From NCBI GenBank assembly GCA_047285535.1, contig JBJBDC010000001.1:416136-480135 (forward strand): DNA of 64,000 bases, written 5' to 3'. Numbering within the stretch: the stretch's first letter is position 1; every line of letters starts with the position of its first letter. Positions 22,438-32,804 of the stretch are shown here, in pieces. A program made the translations under genes and the position numbers. Source of the stretch: Synechococcus sp. (GTDB taxonomy: Bacteria; Cyanobacteriota; Cyanobacteriia; PCC-6307; Cyanobiaceae). Under the pieces are notes generated by a model, which was not told the origin of the DNA, did not search any database, and saw only the letters and a program-made list of their open reading frames with translations.

Positions 22438-22664
22438 GGGACAAGGGGCGAGGGTCTTGTTTCTCCATCACCCTGCCGATGGCACCAGCTTCAGGCTGTG
22501 ACCGCGCCCACTGCCATCTGTGAGAGAGAGACAGGCTGATGGCTTGGCAGCTGGGCGTGAGCCTCTAGGCCTTTTGGGGGATTGGTCAGCAGTGATCACT
22601 AACCGTTCGGGGGATGCCCCTTCACCACCCTGTCAGCGACTGTGCCATCAGACGCAATCAATCA

Positions 22665-22904
22665 ATGAAAGGTCTCACACGTGTTGTTGTCGATACTGTT
22701 CTTGGCAGTCTCCTGGGTGCGGCGTCGTTCTTCGCAGTCGATGCACTGATGTCCTCTAAGGCTGAAGCACAAGAAACTGAAGTGAGAGCTCTAACTGTTT
22801 GGTTGAGGAACCCGGAGTTAAAAGTCGCTGCTGCAACTCCGTTTTTGTTCTCCTGTGAGATTGATGACGGTGATGCTGATCCATTTGAGGTGACTGTATG
22901 GTGA
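22665..22904 (+). CDS. Small hypothetical protein
   Basis: MKGLTRVVVDTVLGSLLGAASFFAV, downstream of the repeated element. Confidence 0.45.
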   Translation: MKGLTRVVVDTVLGSLLGAASFFAVDALMSSKAEAQETEVRALTVWLRNPELKVAAATPFLFSCEIDDGDADPFEVTVW

Positions 22905-23356
22905 CCTGTTGAGGCTCCTAGTTCACTTTGATAACCACCTAGGCGGGCTTCGCTTCCACCCGGCTTACTTCTATATCACCACAACCAAATGTCGGACGAA
23001 CGGACCTTGTACTTGTTCGGCAACATCGGCTTCATTGCTTCTAGCACGTAAGAACTCAAGCCATCGGAATGGTGGTTTCGGGCACTGTCTGAAGTCTTGT
23101 CCACTTGGCATAGTCACCCTTAAATGTGATGCGAAGTGAATGAATCCTGGCGGGAAGCCTGATGCCTATTGGCTGAACGCTACATAACATCCGAAAGGGA
23201 ACAGCAGGGGGCGTTATGTGCGATATCCATCGCCCGAAAACAAAGATTGATCGTTTCTATTACACCAAAATTTATTCTTTTTTGTGGGCTCTAAAGTATT
23301 ACTTTTGGCATAAACGCCTTTGAGCAGCTATAAACCAAATAGTTCAGAGACTCAAT

Positions 23357-23488
23357 ATGTGGATCTTTGCCTTAATGGGCTTACTTGGACTACTGGCTGT
23401 AGGAGTAGCGCTAGTAAATGATCAAATCAGCGATCAAACAGGAGGAGGTAGGATTGAACGGTACGAATATGGACAATCAAAAGATTAA
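23357..23488 (+). CDS. 43-aa single-TM microprotein
   Basis: MWIFALMGLLGLLAVGVALVNDQISDQTGGGRIERYEYGQSKD*. Confidence 0.45.
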   Translation: MWIFALMGLLGLLAVGVALVNDQISDQTGGGRIERYEYGQSKD

Positions 23489-23798
23489 TTTAGCTTTACT
23501 GATCGATTTCAATACGCATTAAGCCCTATGGCTGAAAGCTATACATAACCCGGAAGGGAAAAGCAGGGGGTGTTATGTGTCGCTATCTATCTCCCGACAA
23601 ACATTATTTACTAAATGCTCAGCAATAAATGACTTATGATGGAGACACTATTTGGTATTGATGCATTCCAGTTATGTCGAGCGTTCATTCTTATTCCTCC
23701 TGCGTTTTTTGTTGCATTGTTCTCAACCACGTATTTGGAGGAGATTAAGCAAGGGATGACATTGGCTTCAAAAATTTAGTCTCAATATTTTCTGATTA

Positions 23799-24503
23799 TT
23801 ATTGTTCAGGTGGATCTAGCTCTTCCTGAAAAGGGCTCTTTCGCAGCACTTCCTTGAGCTGCAGTAGTTCACGCCATTCATCGAGCGGTTTTTCCCAGTC
23901 CTCCTCCCAACGTGCAGCGATAATGTCATCCCCCACTTCTTTGGCTACTTCCAGTCCAAACATAATTCCATCCCAGACGTCAGGCTTGGCACTTTTATTT
24001 TCTAGGGCGTGAAAAATCCATGCAATCAGGAAAGCTGCTGAGCCAAATTCGTTCATCGTGACGCTGTAATAAGTAGCACCCGCAGCTTCCCCGGCAGGAG
24101 TGATTGGGGTCCCGAGAATCAGATGTAAGAGGTCATGAGTGCCTAAACGTCTGGCCTGTATGTACTCACCATCAGAAAGTTGAGACCCCGGCGGGGATGG
24201 CTGCATAAGAGGAAGGCCTAATCGATCATTGCGTCTTTGAAAGCAACTACCTAAGCTTCCATATGGCATTGATCGAAACGTTTTAGAATCAGGCCATGGG
24301 TGAAAGTAGCGTTCTCGCGCTAACTCCCGTAATTTGGTTGACTCTAGTTGACGTGCACGAGCAATTTCCCCTAAAGGACTGTGATTGATCGTCTCAATCA
24401 TCGGTAGTCCATGAATGAGTGCATGATCAGGATCTCTTGCTGTCTGCAAGACACCAATCGCTGTTCTCAGTGCATCATGACGAAGGGTACGCAGGTCTTG
24501 CAT
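23799..24503 (-). CDS. Coq4-family protein, paralog of 11169-11873
   Basis: PYGSLG, HDLLHLILG...GEA, RWEEDWEKPLDEWRE. Confidence 0.8.
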   Translation of the reverse strand: MQDLRTLRHDALRTAIGVLQTARDPDHALIHGLPMIETINHSPLGEIARARQLESTKLRELARERYFHPWPDSKTFRSMPYGSLGSCFQRRNDRLGLPLMQPSPPGSQLSDGEYIQARRLGTHDLLHLILGTPITPAGEAAGATYYSVTMNEFGSAAFLIAWIFHALENKSAKPDVWDGIMFGLEVAKEVGDDIIAARWEEDWEKPLDEWRELLQLKEVLRKSPFQEELDPPEQ

Positions 24504-25184
24504 GGTTTTTGGAGAACTTGGGGTAAGTCTTTAACGCTTTTGATCTAGAACATAATCACGCAATCGCAGAACGATTTATTAAAACCTCCTGAGAATCTCC
24601 TTAATTTAGTTTCTAATCAGTCATTACACTGCGAAGGTTTCTTTAGGGGGCGAGAAACCCACAATCAATCACCTCCAATGAATCGATCAGCTCATCAAGG
24701 AGAAGCTGAAATGGTTGCCTAGGCTCCACCAGTAACTAAAGCCGCTATTGCAGGCTGGTTAGGAGGAGCAACCATGATATTTGCGGGTCTCCTTCACCTT
24801 AATGCAGGTAAAAATCTGATCTAAAAGAATTTGCTGATCTAGCGCAAGGGATGAAGCAAGCTATAGGAATAGGATATTTAGCCGTACGGTTAAATACGTG
24901 TGAGATTTTCTAATATATGTCGACATATGAAGCCGACAGGGTGAAAGTAATACAAAATAGAAAACCCGCAAGGTAAAAGCAGGGGGCGTAGGTGTCGCTA
25001 TCGATCTCCGGACAAAACACATGCCCCGCATAGAACTGGGTTTTTAAGGCGTTGCTGTGCTTGCCTGTCCCAAACAGGGGAGGCAGGCGCTTGTAAGACC
25101 ACTCAAACAGGTTATGCAGGATCAGCCAATCTGGTCAATTCTATATAAATCGGAGTGAATGCCTCCACTGCTCACATCAAGTAA

Positions 25185-25556
25185 ATGAATTTTTCTGCTT
25201 CTAATGCTATTGCTGCCGTTGCCATCGGCGCTTCATTTATTACTAGTAATTCTACTTATGCAAATGAAAAGCTTGCTAAATGCATTATAAAAAGTGGGTC
25301 AAACTTAGGCATTCTTCAATATTCAGGAAATTGTTTGTTTGCTCTAGGTGAGAATGGAAGTTTCTCTATCAGAAGAAGTGACGGGCATATAATACCTTCA
25401 ATCAGTCAGGTCAATGTTTATGTATTGTCTCCGGGAATTGCGGAAGTTCGCGGATTGACAACAAATGGAATTAACAGCAGGTGGGGTTCCGCAAAGAGGA
25501 GTCAAAAAGATCCAGCATGCTGGACAGGGTCTGACTTTGAGGTTTGCGCATATTAA
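25185..25556 (+). CDS. Secreted hypothetical protein
   Basis: Signal peptide, four Cys, terminator near 25608. Confidence 0.65.
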   Translation: MNFSASNAIAAVAIGASFITSNSTYANEKLAKCIIKSGSNLGILQYSGNCLFALGENGSFSIRRSDGHIIPSISQVNVYVLSPGIAEVRGLTTNGINSRWGSAKRSQKDPACWTGSDFEVCAY

Positions 25557-26363
25557 ATTCTTGAAGCTGATGAATTTGTCTGCCAAAACAACTCACACCT
25601 AACAAATCCTGCCAAGAGCGGAGTTTTTTATTACAGCTGGGAATGCTTTAAGCAGTTACCTCTGATCAATGCACCTTGAAACCAAAATTACGTTGGCTCT
25701 GCTTCAGGAGCTACTGATGGCACTAAGGGCTAATGACGCTGAGGGCTTCAAGTCTTGGCTTGCCTTTGGCATTGAAGAGCTTTGAAGGGATGTGGCTGGT
25801 TAGGTCGAGTCAAATTGGATGGTGCCCTTGTTGGTTGAAGTGGAGCGAGACAGGCTGATGGCTTGGCAGCTAGGGGTCAGTCTCTAGTCCGCTTGGGGAA
25901 TAAGACCGCAGTGATCACTAACCGTTTGTGAGATGCGTGGATGATTTGTTTGTTCAGAGGCTTAGATAATGAATCATTCCGCTGTCTTGGTCCTACTCCT
26001 TCTTGCTGGATGCTCCCTGAAAGCAGCTGCTTCCTCCTGCGCCATCGCTTCATTCCATAGCAGCTTCAGCAAATCGCGCTGCAAGAGGGCCAGGCTTCCA
26101 CCCAACGTCACCACGCCGGCGCCCAAATCTTCCTCAGTGATCAGCTGGCAGCAGCGAGCCAGATCCAAGTGATCCTCGAAGGCGGTCTGCATCCAGTCGT
26201 CCATCAGTCCTCAATCCCGTTCCCTAAGTCTGCTGGGAGTGTTCCCCCTAGGTATCGAGAGCGTTTCACCCAAGCAGGGGGTCCGCTGAGCCGCCCCAGG
26301 GGTGATGTAGGAGATATGGCACCAACAACCCTCCAGCTGTTGAGTGCTGAGGACGATGGCTCT

Positions 26364-26927
26364 TCAGGAGAGACGATTCATGCGTTCCTGAAACTCTTGG
26401 CGCCAGACCGCCCAGGTCTTTGAACCGGGTGTTTGCTTGGCCATAACTGCTGTTTGCTGGCGGATCAGCTCTTCTGATTGGTTTAGATCGAGACCTGTCG
26501 TGGCATGGGGAGGGACATACCAATCCGTTTTCACAAACAGTTCGATCGTGTTGCCTTCGGGGTCTGGGACGTACAGCGACCAACTACCGCCATGGTTCAT
26601 CGAGTGCATACCAGCTATGTCGAGTTCATGCAGCGTTTGAAAGGCGTCGATGAGGCCGCGGAGTGTCTCTATTTCAAATGAGATCTGGTTGAGAGTCGAT
26701 TCACTCCCTTGCGCCCGACCTGGAGCCAAGACGATTTGATGATGTTCTTGCAAGGAACGGGAGAGAAATACCATTTCCTTATCGCCCTCCCCCAGTCGAT
26801 CCGTTACGTAAAAGCCAAGAACATCGCAATAAAAGCGCTCCATCTCTGGCAGGCTTTTCACGTACAACCCGAGATGAGAAAAGATCGGCTGGAGAGGCAA
26901 GGCTGGATTCACGTCTAGAACTTGCAT
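26364..26927 (-). CDS. VOC/glyoxalase-family protein
   Basis: FSHLGLYV...FYCDVLGF, HHQIVL, SLYVPDPEGNTIEL. Confidence 0.88.
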   Translation of the reverse strand: MQVLDVNPALPLQPIFSHLGLYVKSLPEMERFYCDVLGFYVTDRLGEGDKEMVFLSRSLQEHHQIVLAPGRAQGSESTLNQISFEIETLRGLIDAFQTLHELDIAGMHSMNHGGSWSLYVPDPEGNTIELFVKTDWYVPPHATTGLDLNQSEELIRQQTAVMAKQTPGSKTWAVWRQEFQERMNRLS

Positions 26928-27349
26928 CAACGTGCGTTCAACTTACCCAGACCCCATGGCGCAGAAGCTCACTGAGGGCTGACCTACAGCGCCTAAACCG
27001 CAGGGGTGAAGATGAGATACGGCTTCTGCAGTCACTGACTCAACTCGGCATCTTGCCCGTCCATTCAGTTCACCCATGGGCCTGCTGACCTTGGCGAACA
27101 AGGAAGCTAGCAGTTCTGGAAAAACTAAATCACTGTTGATGTCAGCCCCGAAGGCGTCATAGCGATGGGGATTGATCAAAGGGTCAGTGAGGTTTGTTGG
27201 ATGTTCTCTTGAATTGGCCTGAGCGGGCAAAAATGTACTGAAAGAACAAGAGATCCGGGCGAAGACACTTTGTTTGCCAGGTTCACACAAATGGCTGCAA
27301 AGCTTGATTCGGATGCAAGTTCATGGTGAGGGAGAAAAAACAGCTTGAC

Positions 27350-27449
27350 CCGCCTCGCCAGGAGCGGTGTTTTATTACTTACTGAACAATAGCAACGCTG
27401 AAACTGCCCACTTCACCAAGCTTTCTGTAGCCCTGTAAGCAAGATCACA
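27350..27449 (+). promoter_or_regulatory. Cassette head: terminator relic, AGCAACGCTGAAACTGCCCACTTC spacer, CRP-type box (27434-27449)
   Basis: Closely similar to 27970-28071. Confidence 0.7.
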
Positions 27450-27521
27450 GCCACTGTTGAACCAGGTCATCGAGGGATCTGTCGGATCTTGAGATGCTGT
27501 GAATAAGCCAAATTCAAACCC

Positions 27522-27911
27522 ATGGCATTCTTGAAATCACCTCTGAGCAAAACTCTTTCAGTGTTGGCTGTTAGTAGCATTGCTCTATTACCACTTGCTG
27601 ATGCTGTCAAAGCAGCAACTCACGGCAAGCTCGATGGCTACTGTGTTGTGCAACCACTAGTTGGTGTGGATCAAACCAAATGCTGCGCAACAACATTTAA
27701 ATCGCGTTGGAGAAGTGCAAAAAGACAAGACCTTGCAATGATCCGAGCAGAAAAATCCTGGAGTGCAAAAGCACGTATCAGGCATGGCAGGGACGCAAGG
27801 CTTTGGAGTCTTGCTGAAAATAAGAAATTTGAGAAAAAGAATGGATTAGGAAAATGGAAGAAAGTTCGAGCAGTTGGCACTGCTTGTACTTTCAGAATCG
27901 GTGATCCTTGA
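27522..27911 (+). CDS. Basic secreted protein
   Basis: Signal peptide ending AVKA, Lys/Arg-rich, four Cys. Confidence 0.65.
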   Translation: MAFLKSPLSKTLSVLAVSSIALLPLADAVKAATHGKLDGYCVVQPLVGVDQTKCCATTFKSRWRSAKRQDLAMIRAEKSWSAKARIRHGRDARLWSLAENKKFEKKNGLGKWKKVRAVGTACTFRIGDP

Positions 27912-27969
27912 TGGGGAACTCTTAGTGAGTATCAAAATCTCATGTCGGACAAAATACTATTCATCCTCA

Positions 27970-28071
27970 CCCCGCCACGAGCGGGGTTTTTTTGATTGCC
28001 TACTGAATTGCCAGCAACGCTGAAACGGCCCACTTCACCAGGCTTTCTGGAACCCTGTGAGCAAGATCACA
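27970..28071 (+). promoter_or_regulatory. Cassette head: CCCCGCCACGAGCGGGG-T-run terminator, spacer, perfect TGTGA-N6-TCACA (28056-28071)
   Basis: Read directly. Confidence 0.75.
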
Positions 28072-28163
28072 TCCCTGTTTGATGCAAGCCATCACCTCTC
28101 CGATTCATTCGAGAGATGGTGTGTGCATCGGAGGAACACACCTCCACAACCTCATTCAAAACA

Positions 28164-28361
28164 ATGACCAACAACGAACTCACACTCGATCAACTGCAAT
28201 CTGTTAGCGGTGCGGGCACAGAAACCCACTGGAACCAAAAACTTCGTAATGCAAAAGGTTCTTACAACCTTAAAGAACTTGCGAACTCGGGTGAACTTGT
28301 TCAGAAGATGAAATATATCCCTGGTGAAATGTATCTCCTCATTCCTGGAGATATGTACTGA
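28164..28361 (+). CDS. Bacteriocin-like precursor with short double-Gly-type leader (CCRG-2-like)
   Basis: MTNNELTLDQLQSVSGA leader; C-terminal IPGEMY/IPGDMY repeat; terminator at 28386. Confidence 0.75.
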   Translation: MTNNELTLDQLQSVSGAGTETHWNQKLRNAKGSYNLKELANSGELVQKMKYIPGEMYLLIPGDMY

Positions 28362-28775
28362 TGAGTGGTTTCTAGGACTAATGAGCCCCGCCACGAGCGG
28401 GGTTTTTTGTTGCAGCGGGGAATACTTCAACCAGTTGCCTCCTAGTACTGACTCTCGACACTCAGATAACGCTGGCTTGGCTTCTGGAAGTGCTGATGGC
28501 ATTGAGAGCAAACGATGCTGATGCATCCAGGAGTTGGCTTGCACTGGGAATTGAAGAGCTTGGTAGGGAAGTGGATGCTGAGTTCGAGTCTGAGTGGATG
28601 GTGCCTTGATTGGTTGAGACAGGCTGATGGCTTGGCAGCGAGGGGTGATCCTCTCGCTCTTATGGGGAATCAGACAGCAGTGATCACGAACCGTTTGGGG
28701 GATACGGAGTCATTCCGATTCAGAGATGGTGAATGCACGGGGGCAAAGAGACCTCAACAATCAACCACCAAGCCA

Positions 28776-28985
28776 ATGAAGACTTCCACCACAACTGATA
28801 ACAGCAAATCCTTCGCTGTTCATGCTGTTACTGCAATCGCTATTGCCATGGCACCACTGGCCATCGCATCCAACATCGCGGCAATGAATGCAACACCTGC
28901 TGCTAACGCAGCAACCTGCTACTCAACCTGTTATGGCGAGCAATTCAAAACAAGTCGCTATGAATTCACATCATCCACGATCTGA
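28776..28985 (+). CDS. Small secreted peptide, possibly truncated
   Basis: MKTSTTTDNSKSFAVHAVTAIAIAMAPLAIA...AANAATCYSTCYG. Confidence 0.45.
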   Translation: MKTSTTTDNSKSFAVHAVTAIAIAMAPLAIASNIAAMNATPAANAATCYSTCYGEQFKTSRYEFTSSTI

Positions 28986-29013
28986 TTGCGGGTTGCAATT
29001 TTCAAATCAAAAA

Positions 29014-29484
29014 ATGATCCATCTAACGAAACAATTCACAGCACTTGCTACAGCTTCAATGTTGATTTCTGCCATGCCTTCTATTGCTGATGATGAATAT
29101 GAATTCTTCACTACGCCATCTAAAAATATTTGGTGTGTTAGAAGGCATGATCTTTCGTCCAATAACCCCCTATCTGTCGAATGCGATGTTGCCAAGCATG
29201 CTTGGAAGAATTGGATACAAGGAGATCAGGATGGTTCTCATGGGAATAGGTTTGTTATCCCAGGCAATGGCCCTGCAGAAGCAATCAACAGTTCGGATAC
29301 ATTGGTTGGTAGTTCCGGTCCTGTTTTACAGTATGGGAGCAAAGTTACCTTTGGACTTCGTCCTGAAGACGGAACTATTACCTGCATCTCCGAAAAGATA
29401 GGGCTTACATGCACAAACAAAAGCGGTGGCTTAATGCATTTAAATCGTGAGTTCTATATCCTCAACAAGCCAGTACCTAGATAG
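29014..29484 (+). CDS. Secreted protein (DUF6636-like)
   Basis: Signal peptide, FTTPSKNIWC, LQYG, TCISEKIGLTCTN. Confidence 0.65.
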   Translation: MIHLTKQFTALATASMLISAMPSIADDEYEFFTTPSKNIWCVRRHDLSSNNPLSVECDVAKHAWKNWIQGDQDGSHGNRFVIPGNGPAEAINSSDTLVGSSGPVLQYGSKVTFGLRPEDGTITCISEKIGLTCTNKSGGLMHLNREFYILNKPVPR

Positions 29485-30217
29485 ATATTTTATCTTCTTT
29501 AGAAATAATTAGCAGCCATAGCCTGGGAAAGCAGCCAAAAAAGTAGGCAAGAAACGATGCCCGCCACCTGCTGGTTTTTTTATTGCCTATATGCCGTTGT
29601 GAGCAACAGCACAGTCCTATGGGAGAGCTACTCAGGCAAAGCACTGGAATACCTCTAGGTCACTGACGAGATAGAGGAAGCGATAACAAACTATGAGCGA
29701 GATTTTCGATAACTACAGGCTTCATAGTTGCGAATCGCGCAACAGCAGAACATCGCAACACGAAAAGAACCAAGCTCATAGCATGCATCTAGCGATCTTG
29801 AGTGAGTACTTTGACCTAACTTTTGACGCCTGGCGAAATTTAATGAAGTTGTGTGCTTTTATATTTCAGCCGTCCAACCATTGCTCAATGATTTTCTTTG
29901 CGGGAACTTTAGTAGCCACAACTACCGTGGCATTTGTAATTGTCATGCGCACCATTTTAAAAGAGCTTGATATAAAGCCTTCGCTACCAACTCTTCCTTC
30001 AATAAGCCTTTCTTTTAGGAAGCGTTCAGTTCAGTCAGCCAATATCTGAACGGCCCAGCCCAACGGCATCAGCTCAATCTAATGTCGACTATCAGAGGCA
30101 GGTTTGCTGAATGTAGCTATTGATCTCCTGACTGAACATGCATTGACCTCGCCACGAGCGAGGTTTTTTATTGCTTACTGAAGAACAGCAACGCTGAAAC
30201 TGCCCACTTCAATAGAC

Positions 30218-30304
30218 AAAAGAAAACCCCGCCAAAGGCAGGGTCTCTCGGCTTCTCGTTGGGCGTGTTACCTAGTTTCCACTCCGTGAAGAAGCCCTCC
30301 TCAC
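30218..30304 (-). ncRNA. yfr2: Yfr2-family sRNA
   Basis: Minus strand GTGAGGAGGGCTTCTTCACGGAGTGGAAACTAGGTAACA...CCCTGCCTTTGGCGGGG-T-run. Confidence 0.75.
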
Positions 30305-30391
30305 ATATGAATAATGCCTCAGAAACCCGGCAAAGCAAGTCCCTTCGTATCAGTTGATTGACTGTTCTGTGCAATTTCCTCAACATGTGCA

Positions 30392-30456
30392 CGGCCAACT
30401 CCTCAAAAGGTTTGGCTCCTCACACCCATGAAGAGGGCTTAGCCGCCTTCTTTTTT
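30392..30456 (+). ncRNA. Yfr1/Yfr10-like sRNA candidate
   Basis: 5' hairpin, unpaired CTCCTCACAC, terminator with T-run; divergent from yfr2. Confidence 0.55.
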
Positions 30457-30590
30457 ATGCCTGGTTACTCAGCAGAAGCAGGCAGCAACCCAATGACTTC
30501 GAGCCAAAGGGCGAGCCAGAGCAATGGATGGCTTTACAAAGAGTTACAAATTCACCTAAGCTCTGTCGCAAAAGTTCATTGGCGCTTCTC

Positions 30591-30722
30591 ATGACCGATT
30601 ACTCCGCTGCAATCTTTGGCCTGATCGCCTTCACCGGAGTTGTTTCCGCTGCCGTCGTCTACATCCTTGCCCAGCCTTCCGACCTGCCAGTCGTAAAAAA
30701 AGCAAAAGCAGCTCAAAGCTGA
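30591..30722 (+). CDS. 43-aa membrane microprotein
   Basis: MTDYSAAIFGLIAFTGVVSAAVVYILAQPSDLPVVKKAKAAQS*. Confidence 0.6.
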   Translation: MTDYSAAIFGLIAFTGVVSAAVVYILAQPSDLPVVKKAKAAQS

Positions 30723-30988
30723 GTCTCCGTCAGAAAAGTTCATGCCGTTTCAGGCCATGACTACACAAGACCTCCTCGTGCTGCTCGTGAGCTTCGGGAT
30801 TGTCTATTTCGTTCAGAGCGTCTGCAAGCCGAACCAACAGCCAAAGCAATAAGCTTTACAAGCCGTAACTTTATTGTTACGGTAAGCAAAGCGTTCCTTG
30901 GACGGGATCTGCCATACAAATCCTCTGGGAAGAGGACCTAATTCAAGTCAAGGTCTCTGTGAAAAGAGATCTTTTTTTATGCCTTGGC

Positions 30989-31218
30989 TCACCCCATCTC
31001 GGGTGCCCATCCGGCGGTGCTTTCCATGTAGATGCCCAGAGCTTGCAAGTCTTTGTCATGTGTTGGCCCTGTTCCAATTGCTTCTGCCTGAGATTGCACG
31101 CCACCAATGTTCGGCCGTGCTGGTCGTCTCCATGCCGAAAGTGCTGGCAAGCGACACAAACACTCGAGCAACGGCAGTTCTGTGGCTACCGGTGATCCAC
31201 GTAGCTCCATTCCTCCAT
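30989..31218 (-). pseudogene. Cys-rich small protein (MEEWS family), with stop and frameshift
   Basis: MEEWSYVDHR*PQNCRCSSVCVACQHF; paralog of 41003-41233. Confidence 0.8.
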
Positions 31219-31392
31219 GACCACTCTTAAGTGCAGATGTACTGGCTCGGTAGTGTGTTGCTCGTTAGCTAGCAACACTGAAACTGGCTATTTCAAAAGG
31301 CTTTCTGAAACCCAGTGAGCAAGATCACAGATCAGGTTGAGTGCAATCAACAACCAGAAATACAAAGCAGGCGATGGTGAATTCAACCAATT

Positions 31393-31989
31393 ATGAGTTC
31401 AACTATGAACAAATCACTGTCCCGGTTACTGCTTGGAACGTCTTTACTTCTTGGGGCTCCTTTTATGCTCCCAGAGTCGACCCTGGAACCGGCACAGGCA
31501 AGAGCTGCGTGCGATGTCAGCTGTCGTTACCACTGTAGAAAAGTCTTCTTTAAGGAGGCGTGTAGAAAAAAATGTAAGCAAGAACAAAAGGTGTCATGTA
31601 AGAGAACAAAGCCGACTATCACTGTGACCAATATATGTAGGTATAAAGTCGGCGTCAAAGTAAGGTACAGAAGGAAAAATGGCGATATTTACCACATGCC
31701 GAAGCGTGTATTGAGGCCGTACGAGATATTCGGAAAAGATTCTTTTGGGAGTTGGAGTCATTCCGAAGTTCTGGACCCGGTAGGAGCGAAATTTAATACA
31801 GTCTCTTGGAAGATTCCTGCTGCTGGCCTCAGTCCAGAATACAAAATTTCATTACGAAGTAATGGAAAGTACTATGGCTTGGATAATCAAGGTAAGTGGC
31901 GGAGGTTAATGAAAAAAGATCGCGAATTTCTTACGATCAATCCCTACACTGTCCGTGGAAGACGGAACATCAAAATTAATTGTAGTTGA
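31393..31989 (+). CDS. Basic Cys-rich secreted protein
   Basis: Signal peptide, CDVSCRYHC...CRKKC; CRP-type box at 31314-31329. Confidence 0.65.
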   Translation: MSSTMNKSLSRLLLGTSLLLGAPFMLPESTLEPAQARAACDVSCRYHCRKVFFKEACRKKCKQEQKVSCKRTKPTITVTNICRYKVGVKVRYRRKNGDIYHMPKRVLRPYEIFGKDSFGSWSHSEVLDPVGAKFNTVSWKIPAAGLSPEYKISLRSNGKYYGLDNQGKWRRLMKKDREFLTINPYTVRGRRNIKINCS

Positions 31990-32243
31990 GCTGCCAGTGT
32001 TATATGAAATCGGTGGCGAATCTCTGCTTCTACCTTGGAACGCAACTATCAGCCGTTTTTGAATCACATAATCGAGTTGATGCCCGCGGTATTACCACCA
32101 GCGAATGCAAGGGCTCTGGCCATCCGACTGATTGAGCCTTGGGAAGAGATGCCCAACAACAGAGGTAAGATTGGGGCCTCACCTTTTGTCTTCAACATCC
32201 CTGTAGTCAGAGAGAACTGCAGCCTTAACGCCTCATTTATCCT

Positions 32244-32804
32244 CTAATCTTTGATATCAGGACAGGCCCTCCGTGCTGCTGTGCAATTTACTTTCAGGTC
32301 ATTGTGAAGGTCGACTCTTCCATTGCAGTGTTTATTCTGACCACTGGTCTGAGCCCACACTTTGACCCGCACATTGTTCTCTGGTCGGTATGGATATGAT
32401 TCATGATTGCGGCAACATACTTCAGCATCAAGACGCTTTTTAAAGTCTTTCTTTGCGATTGTCCCGAAGCTGTAATCGTAATTTTTCATGCTGTTACATT
32501 CACTCGGAAACTCGGGTGGATTGTCAGCTGAGGTATATGCATTGCGATGCGCCGCAAGGCATCGAATGATCGTAGCTTTTGCTCGTTGCCGGCACTTATT
32601 GGCTTTGGCCTTGCCGCATGTTCCAGGTGCCGAAAATGGCTGGTCCTTTAAGTGACTTGCCATTTTCTTTGCATAATTTCCAGATACTGAACCCCCAGTG
32701 GTTTCCCAATGGATCTTTGCGTCGCAATGTCTCGTGATCTTGCCTGCTATTGCTGGAGCAGCTATGGAAATAAAAATAGCAGTAGAAAGAATGATTCTTT
32801 TCAT
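32244..32804 (-). CDS. Cys-rich secreted protein, paralog of 8919-9614
   Basis: MKRIILSTAIFISIAAPAIA signal; CRQRA, VCC, VNC. Confidence 0.7.
   Translation of the reverse strand: MKRIILSTAIFISIAAPAIAGKITRHCDAKIHWETTGGSVSGNYAKKMASHLKDQPFSAPGTCGKAKANKCRQRAKATIIRCLAAHRNAYTSADNPPEFPSECNSMKNYDYSFGTIAKKDFKKRLDAEVCCRNHESYPYRPENNVRVKVWAQTSGQNKHCNGRVDLHNDLKVNCTAARRACPDIKD

Noticed and set aside
27350..30210. CRISPR array or true integron
   Set aside because: Spacing is gene-sized and irregular; no cas or intI gene; hairpins look like terminators, without attC RYYYAAC/GTTRRRY ends
30865..30880. NtcA site GTAACTTTATTGTTAC
   Set aside because: Spacing is GTA-N10-TAC rather than N8; palindrome left unassigned
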